Shown in pieces: positions 1 through 8,886 of a stretch of DNA of 37,865 bases; the stretch's first letter is position 1; every line of letters starts with the position of its first letter. The position numbers were made by a program, and so were the translations under genes. The DNA is from Candidatus Hadarchaeota archaeon (GTDB lineage Archaea; Hadarchaeota; Hadarchaeia; Hadarchaeales; Hadarchaeaceae). The DNA is taken from NCBI GenBank assembly GCA_964433595.1, contig CAYSRF010000002.1:1-37865 (forward strand), written 5' to 3'. The notes under the pieces were generated by a model. That model ran no database searches. It was given only the letters and a program-made list of their open reading frames with translations, and was not told where the DNA came from.

Positions 1-1
1 T

Positions 2-607
2 TCTGAATTGCGGAACGAATTCAAACTCTCAACGGCCGTAGTCGTGGGGCCAGGGCTGGGCACGCTCGCGAAGACGCGTGACGCCGTAATCGAGATCGCA
101 CGCACGCTCAAGGAGGCGCACCCGAACCTGCCCGCGCTGTTCGACGCAGATGGGCTGAAAGCGCTGGCGTCAGAGCGGGGTTTACCTCAGGGGATGCATT
201 GGGTCCTGACGCCTCATGCGCGTGAGTTCGAATTACTAACGGGCGTGGATCTTCCAGCTGACATCAACGGGCGGGCCCAGCAGGTCAAGGCCGCCGCAAA
301 GGAGTTCGGCTGCACGGTGCTTTTGAAAGCGTGGGTCGACGTTATCGCCTCACCTGTTGGGGAAGTGAAACTCAATTACACGGGCAACCCAGGGATGACT
401 GTGGGAGGCACAGGTGATGTGCTCGCGGGGATCGTGGGCACCTTCCTTGCGCAAGGGGTAGAGCCTTTCAAGGCTACGGTTGCTGGAGCTTGGGCATGCG
501 GGCGGGCGGGAGACCTCTGCCTCCGGGAAAAGGGTTATGGGTTCGTGGCATCGGACTTGCTTGAGAAGTTGCCTGAGGTTTTCAAGGAGGTCAGGGGAAG
601 GAGATGA
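2..607 (+). CDS. nnrD: NAD(P)H-hydrate dehydratase (YjeF_C/carbohydrate-kinase fold), C-terminal part; the 5-prime end lies outside the window
   Basis: Frame is open from the window edge. Motifs [19 protein letters not shown] and [16 protein letters not shown] are typical of NAD(P)HX dehydratases. Confidence 0.75.
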   Translation, partial: SELRNEFKLSTAVVVGPGLGTLAKTRDAVIEIARTLKEAHPNLPALFDADGLKALASERGLPQGMHWVLTPHAREFELLTGVDLPADINGRAQQVKAAAKEFGCTVLLKAWVDVIASPVGEVKLNYTGNPGMTVGGTGDVLAGIVGTFLAQGVEPFKATVAGAWACGRAGDLCLREKGYGFVASDLLEKLPEVFKEVRGRR

Positions 608-611
608 TGGT

Positions 612-758
612 GTGGTGAAGTTCGAAGTTGCGGGGAAGCGTCTGTTTAACGTGAAGGTGTGCATGCGTTGCAATGCTCGAAACGCTTGGAAGGCAACCAA
701 GTGCAGAAAATGTGGGTACGGCGGGCTGAGGCCGAAGTCGAGGGAGCCGCGTGGTTGA
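612..758 (+). CDS. rpl40e: 50S ribosomal protein L40e
   Basis: GTG start at 612 (or 615), inside the longer 480..758 ORF. The peptide [47 protein letters not shown] matches the archaeal L40e zinc-ribbon pattern (CMRCNARN...CRKCGY..LRPK..EPRG). Confidence 0.85.
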   Translation: MVKFEVAGKRLFNVKVCMRCNARNAWKATKCRKCGYGGLRPKSREPRG

Positions 759-878
759 CACTCCCCGTAAATAGATTCGGGGATTTTTGGAGACACGACT
801 GCTTGGAATCTCCGAAAGTCCAGCGCCACGTTTATCAGCGGAGAAAATGATTTTACCCCACATGGCTCGGCGGTCACC

Positions 879-1733
879 ATGAAAAAACTGGGGAAGCTGT
901 TCAAGATAAGCCCAAAAGAGGCGGAAGCTCTTCTAAAACATCTTCGCTCTGCCTGGCGCCATGAAGAACTCATCCCGCAGCCAGAGGGTTACATTTTGAT
1001 CCCGCTTAAGCGTATTCGACCCCCATCTTGGGCGATTCGGGAAGAACTCGGAGATCTCGAAAAGTTAAAAGAGTCCATTCAAAGAACCGAGCTGCTCCAG
1101 CCCATCTGCGTCAAGCCTGTAGACAAGGAGTGGCGGAACTTCGAGCCCGTGATGGGGGTCAGACGATACTTCGCATGCAAAGAGTTGGAGCTGAAGCAAA
1201 TTCCATGTTTTATCAAGCCTCATGTGGACAAAGAGCAAGTGGCGATCCTTGCCTTGGAGGAGAACCGCTACCGGAAGGATTTGACCGAGGTCGAGCTCCT
1301 CCGCTCGGTGCAGGCGCTGAAGGCCAAAGGATACACGCTCGAGCGGATAGGGGAGCATGCTCGCATGAGCGTGGCTGATGTTTCGATATATCTTAGGATT
1401 CCAAAGCTCCCGAAGCAGCTCAGGGACGCGTTCTTCAGCAGGGAGATCTCTCTGGCTCACGTTAAGGTACTCGCGAGTTTGAAGCAAGAGGAGATGTTAA
1501 AGTTACTCAAGCTGGTGCGGAAGGAGCACTTGAGCTCGAGGGCTTTGGAAGATCTCGTGGCCGCGCAGGAAGGGAGGTTGGAAATTCCCTCTTTTCTGGA
1601 CTCGAAGGAACTCAGGAAACTCATTGGGTCGAGGCTGATCTTCAGGCGGCGGGGAAAGCGGGTCAGCCTCATGATAAGGGCTTCAAGCGAGGACGAACTT
1701 TTAGAAATCCTGGAAAAATTGAGAGAAAAATAG
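879..1733 (+). CDS. ParB/Srx N-terminal-domain protein (ParB-like nuclease/partition family)
   Basis: LIPLKRIRPP...LKESIQRTELLQPICVKPV...VMGVRRYFACKELELKQIPCFI contains the ParB box and GxRR motif. A helical HTH-like region follows. Confidence 0.6.
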   Translation: MKKLGKLFKISPKEAEALLKHLRSAWRHEELIPQPEGYILIPLKRIRPPSWAIREELGDLEKLKESIQRTELLQPICVKPVDKEWRNFEPVMGVRRYFACKELELKQIPCFIKPHVDKEQVAILALEENRYRKDLTEVELLRSVQALKAKGYTLERIGEHARMSVADVSIYLRIPKLPKQLRDAFFSREISLAHVKVLASLKQEEMLKLLKLVRKEHLSSRALEDLVAAQEGRLEIPSFLDSKELRKLIGSRLIFRRRGKRVSLMIRASSEDELLEILEKLREK

Positions 1734-1984
1734 GACATTTTAGTCGTTTTTTGTGAAAAGAAGGCAAAATTTTGGAGTTCCATTTCCGTGCGGAAAACTA
1801 TCGCCCCGATAAAGCTTACTTTTGGCGAAGGAGGCGAGATTCTGGGAGTTTCTTCGGTTGGTTTGGGCCCGTTTTTGTAGCTTTGGCAGAAAATCATCAA
1901 GATGCTCCAGAAAGTTCGTATATGAGGCTAGCGACATATTCTTGGCAAACTACAAAAATTGAATTAAAATGATAGGCGATAGAT

Positions 1985-2494
1985 ATGGCAAAGAACTATG
2001 TTTATAGAATGGACCACGATAGAGGATTTGCACCCAATACAAAATATGGTATTTGTACATTAAGTGGGTGCAAGAATAAGAAAACAAAAGATGGTAAACG
2101 CAATATTGAGGAATTGGCAGAAAAGGGTAGTTGGATAAGTGGAATAGGAGGCAACAAGACAGGCAAACCTGACAAGCTGGTATATGCTATGGAAGTAGAA
2201 GAGAATCTTTTATATTCTGAGTTCAAAAAAAGATACCCTGAGAAAAGTAAGTATTTGTCGTCAAAGAAGGCAGGAAGCAATGTATTGATTTCAAGGAAGT
2301 TCTATTATTTCGGGGATAACGCAATAGATTTACCACAAAGTTTAGAGCATATAATAATCCAGAGACAAGGATGCAAATGTATTTCCGATGATGATGTAAA
2401 CAACCTAAAAAAGTATCTCGAGGAAAGATACTGTTATGGAATATGGGGAAAGCCAAACAATATTAAATTTTCTAAAAGGTGTGGTAAATGTTAA
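1985..2494 (+). CDS. Nmad2-like (nucleotide-modification-associated domain 2) protein, putative
   Basis: N-terminus YVYRMDHDRGFAPNTKYGICTLSGCKNKK...GSWISGIGG...KLVYAMEVEE resembles the Nmad2 signature as I remember it (Y.Y...D.GFAPNP..G.CTLA.CKP ... GDWI.G ... L.YAM.V.E). It sits in an AT-rich block. Confidence 0.45.
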   Translation: MAKNYVYRMDHDRGFAPNTKYGICTLSGCKNKKTKDGKRNIEELAEKGSWISGIGGNKTGKPDKLVYAMEVEENLLYSEFKKRYPEKSKYLSSKKAGSNVLISRKFYYFGDNAIDLPQSLEHIIIQRQGCKCISDDDVNNLKKYLEERYCYGIWGKPNNIKFSKRCGKC

Positions 2495-2622
2495 TAGGAA
2501 CTCGCCTGCGGCACACGTTGCTTAACAGTGTACCTGGCTTCGGTGTTTTGCACCTCCGCCCAAATCCGGCCTGGCGGCTGGACTCCAGATACGCTCAATC
2601 CGTTATCTACCTTAAATGAAAG

Positions 2623-3210
2623 ATGACGACAATGCTGAGAAAGATCGTAATTGATGACAAGTTCATAAAAGAGTGGCACCGCCGATACAACAAACCTGAG
2701 ATCGGAGGTGGCTACGTAGAATATGAAAACCTTATCGAAAAAGTTTCTAGAGAAGTTTCCCAAGGCGCAATCTCTAAATCCACATTTATTCGTATCTTGG
2801 ATTGGAAAGCGCCTCGTGTAAAAGGTATTGTAAAGTTGGACAACTTTGATGATTACGCGAAAGGTATCAAACAAGCTTTACAAGCTCCAGAAGATCGCAA
2901 GTTGCCAATTTTGGATGACTTATACGGTATTGGTGTTCCAGTTGCATCAACAATTTTACATTTTAGTTATCCATCAATTTTTCCAATTATGGATGTCCGA
3001 GTAGCAGAAGTTTTGTATTATTCTGGCTACCTTAACGCAAAATCAAGAACCCAGAATAATTATGTTAATTTTCGCAGAGTTATCTTGAATATCGCTCAAC
3101 AATCTAAATGTACACTCCGAGAGATAGATAAAGCTCTGTTTGCTTATCATAAGAGTGAACTCGAACCTAAAATTAGAGGTGCTATAGGAAAAGCGAAGAG
3201 GTGTTTGTAA
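2623..3210 (+). CDS. Helix-hairpin-helix protein, possible HhH DNA-glycosylase-superfamily member
   Basis: LPILDDLYGIGVPVASTILHFSYPSIFPIMDVRVAEVL is an HhH (hPhGIG-type) motif followed by an Asp-containing helix. No closer family recognised. Confidence 0.35.
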   Translation: MTTMLRKIVIDDKFIKEWHRRYNKPEIGGGYVEYENLIEKVSREVSQGAISKSTFIRILDWKAPRVKGIVKLDNFDDYAKGIKQALQAPEDRKLPILDDLYGIGVPVASTILHFSYPSIFPIMDVRVAEVLYYSGYLNAKSRTQNNYVNFRRVILNIAQQSKCTLREIDKALFAYHKSELEPKIRGAIGKAKRCL

Positions 3211-3360
3211 TTGAAGTATGTGGATGGTGTACTTTGTGTAACACAGAATAAAAGGTTCGTGCCTTTTGGCACCTCCAAATTTTTGCTACCGCAAAAACTT
3301 CTTTTATGCTAGGAACGTTATATGAAATGGCACCATCTAAGAAATATATGGAGATAGAAA

Positions 3361-3595
3361 ATGACAAAAAAAAATCTTGAAAAACAAGCCTCTTATAGAG
3401 GCAATATTTGAGTTGCGGTGGGAACTGCAAGAACGGGCACCTGGGATGGAAATAGACCCGCACTACAAAATACTAATTGGCAGAATATATGATATGGTTC
3501 GTAGTGAATATCCTTTTCATGAGCAATTACCCACTGCCACGATACCAGACGAAATCGCAGGATACGTTGTTCAGCATCGATTCAGAAAAGACAAG
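3361..3595 (+). pseudogene. TIGR04255-family N-terminal fragment, truncated at the AT-to-GC junction. It is out of frame with its likely ATG at an A9 tract.
   Basis: KPLIEAIFELRWELQ...DPHYKILIGRIYD resembles the TIGR04255 N-terminus. ATG 3361 is one frame off the 3377 ORF across the A9 run at 3366-3374. Composition changes abruptly near 3596. Confidence 0.4.
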
Positions 3596-3597
3596 GC

Positions 3598-3717
3598 AAG
3601 AGGCGCCCCGAGCAGGTCAAACCAAAGAAGGTGGGAAGGAACGACCCTTGCCCGTGCGGCTCGGGTAAAAAATACAAGAATTGTTGCTGGCTCGAAACCA
3701 TAGGGGTGAAAACATGA
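3598..3717 (+). pseudogene. SEC-C-motif C-terminal tail fragment (gene relic)
   Basis: Frame 1 reads ...[32 protein letters not shown], then a stop at 3715-3717. This is the classic SEC-C metal-binding tail. No upstream body or start exists in that frame. Confidence 0.5.
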
Positions 3718-4022
3718 AAAACCGGGACCAGCCCGGAAAAGACACACCCCTCACGGTAATTGCATTTATCATTTTGCGCAAATAAAGTTTTTGAGTACCT
3801 AAGATTTTGAGGATTTTTCCTTCTTTGTTAGATAGCGCCTTTTTGTGGTGCAGGTTCAAATCCCGCTGACTGCACTAAGGCTAACTAAAATAGCCCCTCA
3901 AGTAAGGACGGAGACAGGGCACGGGCAAGAAACGATGCCTAGTCCCCACCTGCAGGAAACCCTTGCCGGAGGAACCGTTTTTTCACAACATTAGCAAAAT
4001 TTAAATACTTTTAATAATACTA

Positions 4023-5318
4023 ATGTTATTGATGAAAGAAAAGAAATTATTCCCCAGAGATCTCTTGCCCAAGCTCGAAAAATGGATTGACCGGAGGGAA
4101 GCCTTCGCGATCAAGGGACCGAGGCAATCGGGCAAGACCACGCTTTTAAGGATCCTAGAGGAAAAGCTGGCCGACAAGGGAAACGTGGTCTTTCTGAATT
4201 TTGAGGACCCTGACGTTCTCGAGGCTTTTGAAGCGAACCCGAAGCGGTACGTCGAGAGCTTCATGCCCAAGCGGGGGAAGCACTATTTCTTGATGGACGA
4301 ATATCATTACGTCAAGGATCCGGGGAAGAAACTCAAACTGTTGTACGATAGCTTCGAGAACGCGAAGTTCGTGGTCACGGGTAGCTCTTCCTTAGAGCTG
4401 AGTGGTGCGATGGCGAAATTCTTGGTCGGAAGGGTGTTCTTCTTCGAGCTACTTCCCCTCAGCTTCCACGAATTTTTGGTTGCAAAGGACAAACGGTTGG
4501 GTAAGCTTTACGAGCGAAAGAACAGGGTGATCAAGGAGTTTCTGCTCCAAGGGAGGAGGGCAGGGCTGGAAGAGGATATCTTCATCGGGGAGTTCCAACC
4601 CTTCTTCCACGAGTACCTAACATTCGGCGGGTACCCGGCGGTGGTAAAGGCTGGAGACATCGAGACCAAGCGGATGATCCTGAAGGGCATCTACGACACC
4701 TACGTATCCAAAGACGTGATCGAATTCCTGAGATTCACGGATGCGTTCAAGTACCGGGATGCCGTCAGGGCCTTGGCGGCGTCGGTCGGGGGTTTGATAA
4801 GCTACCAGGGGATTGGCTCGGCCATCCAGAGCTACTTCAAGGAGCTGAAGAGGATCGTATCCATCTTATCTGAAACCTACGTGATAGCGCTGGTTCGGCC
4901 GTTCTCAAGGAATCCCAGGACCGAGCTCAGGAAGACCCCAAAGGTTTACTTTTTCGATCTGGGGTTGAGGAACCACGTGATAGACAACTTCAACCCGATC
5001 GAGAAGCGAACCGATGCGGGAGCGGTGGTCGAGAACCTAGTTTTGCTGGGCTTGATGCGCACTTTTCCGGGTGAGCCGATAAACTACTGGCGGACGATAG
5101 CGAAAGCCGAAGTCGACTTCGTGCTCAGGTTGGGCGGGGAGCTTGTCCCGGTCGAGGTCAAGTATCAAATTTTCAAAAGACCGAAGATATCGAGGAGTTT
5201 GCGGAGCTTCATCAACACCTACAAACCCGAACGCGTCTTGGTGGCCACCCGTGACTTTTGGGCGAGGGCCAAGCTAGGGGGGGCTGAAGTGTTGTTTGCG
5301 CCCGCTTGCTACCTGTAG
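4023..5318 (+). CDS. AAA-family ATPase with DUF4143-type C-terminal domain (COG1373-like)
   Basis: Walker A GPRQSGKTTLLR and Walker B YFLMDEYHYV. The C-terminal AEVDFVLR...VPVEVKYQ is a nuclease-like module typical of AAA_14/DUF4143 proteins. Confidence 0.7.
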   Translation: MLLMKEKKLFPRDLLPKLEKWIDRREAFAIKGPRQSGKTTLLRILEEKLADKGNVVFLNFEDPDVLEAFEANPKRYVESFMPKRGKHYFLMDEYHYVKDPGKKLKLLYDSFENAKFVVTGSSSLELSGAMAKFLVGRVFFFELLPLSFHEFLVAKDKRLGKLYERKNRVIKEFLLQGRRAGLEEDIFIGEFQPFFHEYLTFGGYPAVVKAGDIETKRMILKGIYDTYVSKDVIEFLRFTDAFKYRDAVRALAASVGGLISYQGIGSAIQSYFKELKRIVSILSETYVIALVRPFSRNPRTELRKTPKVYFFDLGLRNHVIDNFNPIEKRTDAGAVVENLVLLGLMRTFPGEPINYWRTIAKAEVDFVLRLGGELVPVEVKYQIFKRPKISRSLRSFINTYKPERVLVATRDFWARAKLGGAEVLFAPACYL

Positions 5319-5541
5319 GCGGAGCTCGAAGCTATGCGAGCTGGCCGGGCACCACCTGTGTGCGGGCTGCCACGAGCCGCCGAGCGAGGAGGAGATATCG
5401 GAGGGGGCGGAGCTGTGCTCGAACTGTGAGCTCGAAGAGACGGGGGCGGCGATGATTTATGATATGGAGGAGTAGTTGCCAATACTTGTCTATCCCCTAC
5501 CAAGGCCGCGCGCCCGGTCACGAACCTGTGGGAGCCCACGT

Positions 5542-5673
5542 TTAGGCCCGCAGGGGGGGGGAAGGCAAATTGATTTTTCCTTTTTGAGATATCCTGACCT
5601 CGTATCTTTCTTTAAATTCGGTCCCAATGAGGTTCTCGATATTTTTTTCCACTTCGTCATGCCATTCTGCCAA
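5542..5673 (-). pseudogene. Small ORF with an AbrB/SpoVT-like beginning, apparently truncated at the island junction
   Basis: AAGGAGGTGA lies 4 nt upstream of TTG 5673. The peptide ...YEVRISQKGKINLP resembles the first strand of AbrB/MazE antitoxins, then runs into GC-rich sequence (SPPLRA, stop). Confidence 0.25.
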
Positions 5674-5738
5674 ATTCTCACCTCCTTTCTTTTGTTAAGG
5701 GTATTCTATATGGGTTTATTTGAATTCTTCAAGCTGGG

Positions 5739-7445
5739 TTAAGGCTTGGTTGCTATTTCCTCTTGAGTTGGTCTGCTTTTCTCTGGTATCGTCTGGATAA
5801 TCGCCCCTCGGAATAATTTCATCTGTTTTGCATACTCCAAAATATCGAGCTTCCCTCTTGTTGTTAATTCTAGTCTTGGGAAGATTTCTACATCAAGATC
5901 TGTCTCATCTTTCACCTTATTTACAATATCCTTGTATAACCCCAGTCCTATGAAGAAGATTTTATCGTGTCTCCTCAATTTACCTTTCAATTCTTCTACA
6001 AACTTTGGGACATCACTTTCCTGCATCTTGTAATCATAAGTTGGTATTCGCTTGCTCCAATCGATAAACCCGAATTTGGCCGAGAGGATCCCTATTTCTA
6101 CAGGTAAGTCAAAGATATTGTTCCAAAATACCTTGAAGACAGGTGAAGGCAGATACCTTTGATAAGCAGACAATAGTCCCGATGATTCATTTTTCTTCCC
6201 CGTGCAGCTCGTGAAGACGAAAATTCGAGGTGAAATTTCTCTGAGTTTTCTATAAAAAATGAATGTATTGTGAAAACCTCTCCGCCTGTTTCTGTTGTTT
6301 CCTCTGAAAATGATCACCTCAACTCCCACATTTTTGCAAATGGTACATGAACATTTTTTCCATGGCATATCAGTCAAAGTTTCCCTGTAATATTTTTCCA
6401 ATTCAGGTCTTTCGCCAATGGTTCTGTCGTATTCTAAAATTGTTTTCATTACTTCGGCAATTGGAATCTTACCTTGGTCGTATAGCCTCATGGACTCCAT
6501 TGCCTTTCTTTCCAGTTTCGCTAATTCTTCTGGATTTGAAATACTCTTAACACGATGACTTCTTTCTGTTTGCGGTATCCTAATCGCACTGTAACCCCTT
6601 CCGTCGACCGCATAATAATTATTTTGAGCACTTAGCCAAGCTCTTCTTAGAAATGATGCCGAATCAAAACTTGTTACTCCATATTTCATGAAATCTGGGA
6701 TTATTTGAGGTCTAGCGGCCCCAAAGACATGGATATCTATTTTACGTTTAGTTTCATCCATCTGTTTCTTAACTTCTAACCAAACCCCTTTAATTACATT
6801 AATAAGAGTTTTGGTCTCCTCTTTCTTACCTTCCAATCCAGTGGGGGCCCGAGCTAAACCCCCCAGGCCGATATAATCATAACCCACTTTCAACAATTCT
6901 CTAACAGCTCTCCTGTAGGAGTCTACATCCCAACCTTGAGCAACGCCAATTATTCTTATTGATTGCAAATACTCGTCTTTTGAATGCCATAATTCAAACA
7001 TTTCTTGTGCATTTTCAAGAGTTATTTTCCATCGTTTTTCATATTGGTCTTTATGCATAGGAACTATTAAATGATCAATTGAAACTCCGTAATTAAAACC
7101 GCATTTGAGGTAATAATCCAGAGTTTCAGAGGGTTTGAAGGGAGGTTCATCTTTATCTATGTACCCCCAGGCTCCACAGTCCCCCATAATCTCGAATGTT
7201 TTTGGTAAACGTAAGAATTGATGAATGCCTTCTCTTAGAATTTGTTGGTATTTTGCTTTATTTTCCACGATCTTCATTCTTGAAACTAGGACACCATCGA
7301 TTGGAACATTTTCCAGTCCAAAAATATTCCATACATAAACATCATTTTGTAAAGGATTTTCGTAATGAGTTTCTGAATGGTTGTCGGTGATGAAATCATA
7401 TTCGGGGTCTACACGATCGTCCCATTCTGGAATGAAGTACTTCAT
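5739..7445 (-). CDS. dpdA: TGT-superfamily transglycosylase, DpdA-like (putative DNA 7-deazaguanine transglycosylase), with an extra C-terminal domain of about 165 aa
   Basis: N-terminus MKYFIPEWDDRVDPEYDF. TIM-barrel motifs GDCGAWGY, IGLGGLARA, HVFGAARP and FDSASFLRR. Zinc site CSCTICKN-x22-H. No PUA tail. The C-terminal part (FVFTSCTGKK...ILSAKFGFI...IPTYDYKM) is reminiscent of a DUF6884-type domain, with low certainty. Confidence 0.65.
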   Translation of the reverse strand: MKYFIPEWDDRVDPEYDFITDNHSETHYENPLQNDVYVWNIFGLENVPIDGVLVSRMKIVENKAKYQQILREGIHQFLRLPKTFEIMGDCGAWGYIDKDEPPFKPSETLDYYLKCGFNYGVSIDHLIVPMHKDQYEKRWKITLENAQEMFELWHSKDEYLQSIRIIGVAQGWDVDSYRRAVRELLKVGYDYIGLGGLARAPTGLEGKKEETKTLINVIKGVWLEVKKQMDETKRKIDIHVFGAARPQIIPDFMKYGVTSFDSASFLRRAWLSAQNNYYAVDGRGYSAIRIPQTERSHRVKSISNPEELAKLERKAMESMRLYDQGKIPIAEVMKTILEYDRTIGERPELEKYYRETLTDMPWKKCSCTICKNVGVEVIIFRGNNRNRRRGFHNTFIFYRKLREISPRIFVFTSCTGKKNESSGLLSAYQRYLPSPVFKVFWNNIFDLPVEIGILSAKFGFIDWSKRIPTYDYKMQESDVPKFVEELKGKLRRHDKIFFIGLGLYKDIVNKVKDETDLDVEIFPRLELTTRGKLDILEYAKQMKLFRGAIIQTIPEKSRPTQEEIATKP

Positions 7446-7489
7446 TGAACTACCCCGCTAGATCTTGTTTACAAATAGATTTTCGTTGT

Positions 7490-7639
7490 TTATATTGTTG
7501 CATTCCTCTTTTCTCTGAAGTATTCGGCTAAAATCGATCTGATGGTTTCTTGAAGCGTATCTAGTCTTCTTCTTTTCTGCTCCAACTCTAAAGCTCGGTG
7601 CATAGATCCCGGGATAGACATAGTAAATTTCCTTGCCAT
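7490..7639 (-). CDS. Ribbon-helix-helix (CopG/Arc/MetJ-type) small DNA-binding protein, 49 aa (not in the ORF track)
   Basis: My own translation gives MARKFTMSIPGSMHRALELEQKRRRLDTLQETIRSILAEYFREKRNATI. An AAGGAG sits upstream. The beta-strand plus two-helix pattern is present. It is about 80 percent identical to the ORF at 11777..11917. It replaces the 72-aa track ORF, which is in another frame. Confidence 0.65.
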   Translation of the reverse strand: MARKFTMSIPGSMHRALELEQKRRRLDTLQETIRSILAEYFREKRNATI

Positions 7640-7704
7640 ACATCATTCTCCTTCTTTGGAATTCTTTGGAAACCAAAAGATATATAAATATACCATTCTA
7701 TAGA

Positions 7705-7726
7705 CTTCTTTAGACTTCTAAAGAAG
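7705..7726. promoter_or_regulatory. Perfect 10-bp inverted repeat CTTCTTTAGA-ct-TCTAAAGAAG in the divergent promoter region; candidate RHH operator
   Basis: Read directly from the sequence. It lies between the A/T-rich TATA-like tatataaatata (7681-7691) and ATG 7742. The core TCTTTAGA/TCTAAAGA recurs at 11923-11982 and 10973-10986. Confidence 0.5.
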
Positions 7727-7741
7727 CAAAAGTGAGTAAAT

Positions 7742-8806
7742 ATGATAATGGAAGGTTCCTTTCCGGTGGTTTACCCTAGCACGAAGGACATCATACTCTC
7801 ACAGTTAAACCTACAAAAGATAATGACAAGTGTAGCTTTTATAAACTCTGAGCAGAAAAAGCAGAACGTTCATGAAATCATAAATTTCAACAAATTAATC
7901 TTTTTAGATTGCGGAATTTTTCAAAGAGGTTCTTATAAAAAATACGACACATGGGGCAAGATATGCAAATACCGTGAAAAGCTTATTGATTGGTACGCCC
8001 ATCTCAAACCAGACCTTGCAAGTTCTCTAGATTTGCCTAGTCTACACATTTTCAAAGATAAAATTAGAAAGGAGAGATTAACTTGGTCGATTGAGAATTA
8101 CAAACTAATGAAAACTCAACTTGATGTTCCTTTAGTTCTCGGGATCAGCGTTTTTTCTATAGAGGATATTTATCTAACTAAAAACTATATTCAAAAGATT
8201 CTTGGGGAAGAACCTGTTCTCATAGGACTAGGTGGACTGGTTCCTCTAATGAGATCCTGTAAAACTCATCCCGCGCTTGGGAAATTGATCCTGAAAATAG
8301 TATACCAAACGCGAAAGAATTTTCCTCACTCTTTCATTCATGTTTATGGTCTGGGAGACCATCAATGGTACCCACTCACTCGGTTAGTTGGGGCATCAAG
8401 CAGTGATTACGCAGGATATTACTACATTACTGGTAGGGGGGGAATACTCCTACCGAATTCCTCGGAAAAGTATGTTCTTAGAATGATTAAGCAAAAAACT
8501 AAAAAAGGTTTTGTTTACTATACTCGTTCTAATAACAAAATATTTTCAATAAAGGAACTAAGGCAACTCTATGGATGTCGATGCCCTTCGTGTAAAGATT
8601 CGGATCCTACTTTACTAGAATTCGATCGCAAGAAACGTCTAGTCCATAACTTGTATACGATATTGTCCGAAACTAGGATTGTTGATGAGTATTGTAACCA
8701 AAATGATATTGAAAGATTAAAAAAATATGTGAAAGATCGATTCACTCATGGAAAGAATGAGATGAAAGCTTACGTGAAATACGCTCTAGAACTTGTGGAA
8801 AAGTGA
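7742..8806 (+). CDS. Second, highly divergent TGT-superfamily (DpdA-like) protein
   Basis: Motifs FLDCGIFQ (compare TGT DSGGFQ), IGLGGLVPL, HVYGLGDHQ and SSSDYAGYY, plus zinc site CRCPSCKD-x17-H. It has no PUA domain and no C-terminal extension. Confidence 0.6.
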   Translation: MIMEGSFPVVYPSTKDIILSQLNLQKIMTSVAFINSEQKKQNVHEIINFNKLIFLDCGIFQRGSYKKYDTWGKICKYREKLIDWYAHLKPDLASSLDLPSLHIFKDKIRKERLTWSIENYKLMKTQLDVPLVLGISVFSIEDIYLTKNYIQKILGEEPVLIGLGGLVPLMRSCKTHPALGKLILKIVYQTRKNFPHSFIHVYGLGDHQWYPLTRLVGASSSDYAGYYYITGRGGILLPNSSEKYVLRMIKQKTKKGFVYYTRSNNKIFSIKELRQLYGCRCPSCKDSDPTLLEFDRKKRLVHNLYTILSETRIVDEYCNQNDIERLKKYVKDRFTHGKNEMKAYVKYALELVEK

Positions 8807-8886
8807 AAAAATATAATGTCATTGGATTTACTAAGAAAAATTTTAGAAAATTTGTACGTGACTAAATCATGTCGTCGAAAACCAGA

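Noticed and set aside
2491-2874. 127-aa minus-strand ORF overlapping the start of the HhH-motif gene.
   Set aside because: It overlaps a plus-strand ORF that has a recognisable motif. Its own sequence has no features, and the GC-rich patch at 2495-2620 is left unexplained rather than called.
3850-3874. A tRNA T-arm-like string (GCAGG-TTCAAAT-CCCGC plus 7 nt). Its 17-mer CAGGTTCAAATCCCGCT recurs with one mismatch at 16558-16574, suggesting att sites of a tRNA-targeting element.
   Set aside because: There is no matching 5-prime acceptor, D or anticodon arm upstream, and the T-stem has a mismatch. A rough estimate says a few 16-of-17 matches are expected by chance between two positions in a window this size. 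The second copy does not fold as a T-arm.
5320-5478. Cys-rich frame (CELAGHHLCAGCHEPP...CSNCELEETGAAMIYDMEE) after the DUF4143 gene.
   Set aside because: There is no start codon in frame before the cysteine motifs. It may be another gene relic or a non-canonical start. It cannot be supported as a CDS.
7458-7676. 72-aa track ORF upstream of the DpdA-like gene.
   Set aside because: A different frame on the same strand gives a 49-aa RHH protein with a close paralog at 11777..11917. The 72-aa frame has no paralog support and an implausible sequence.
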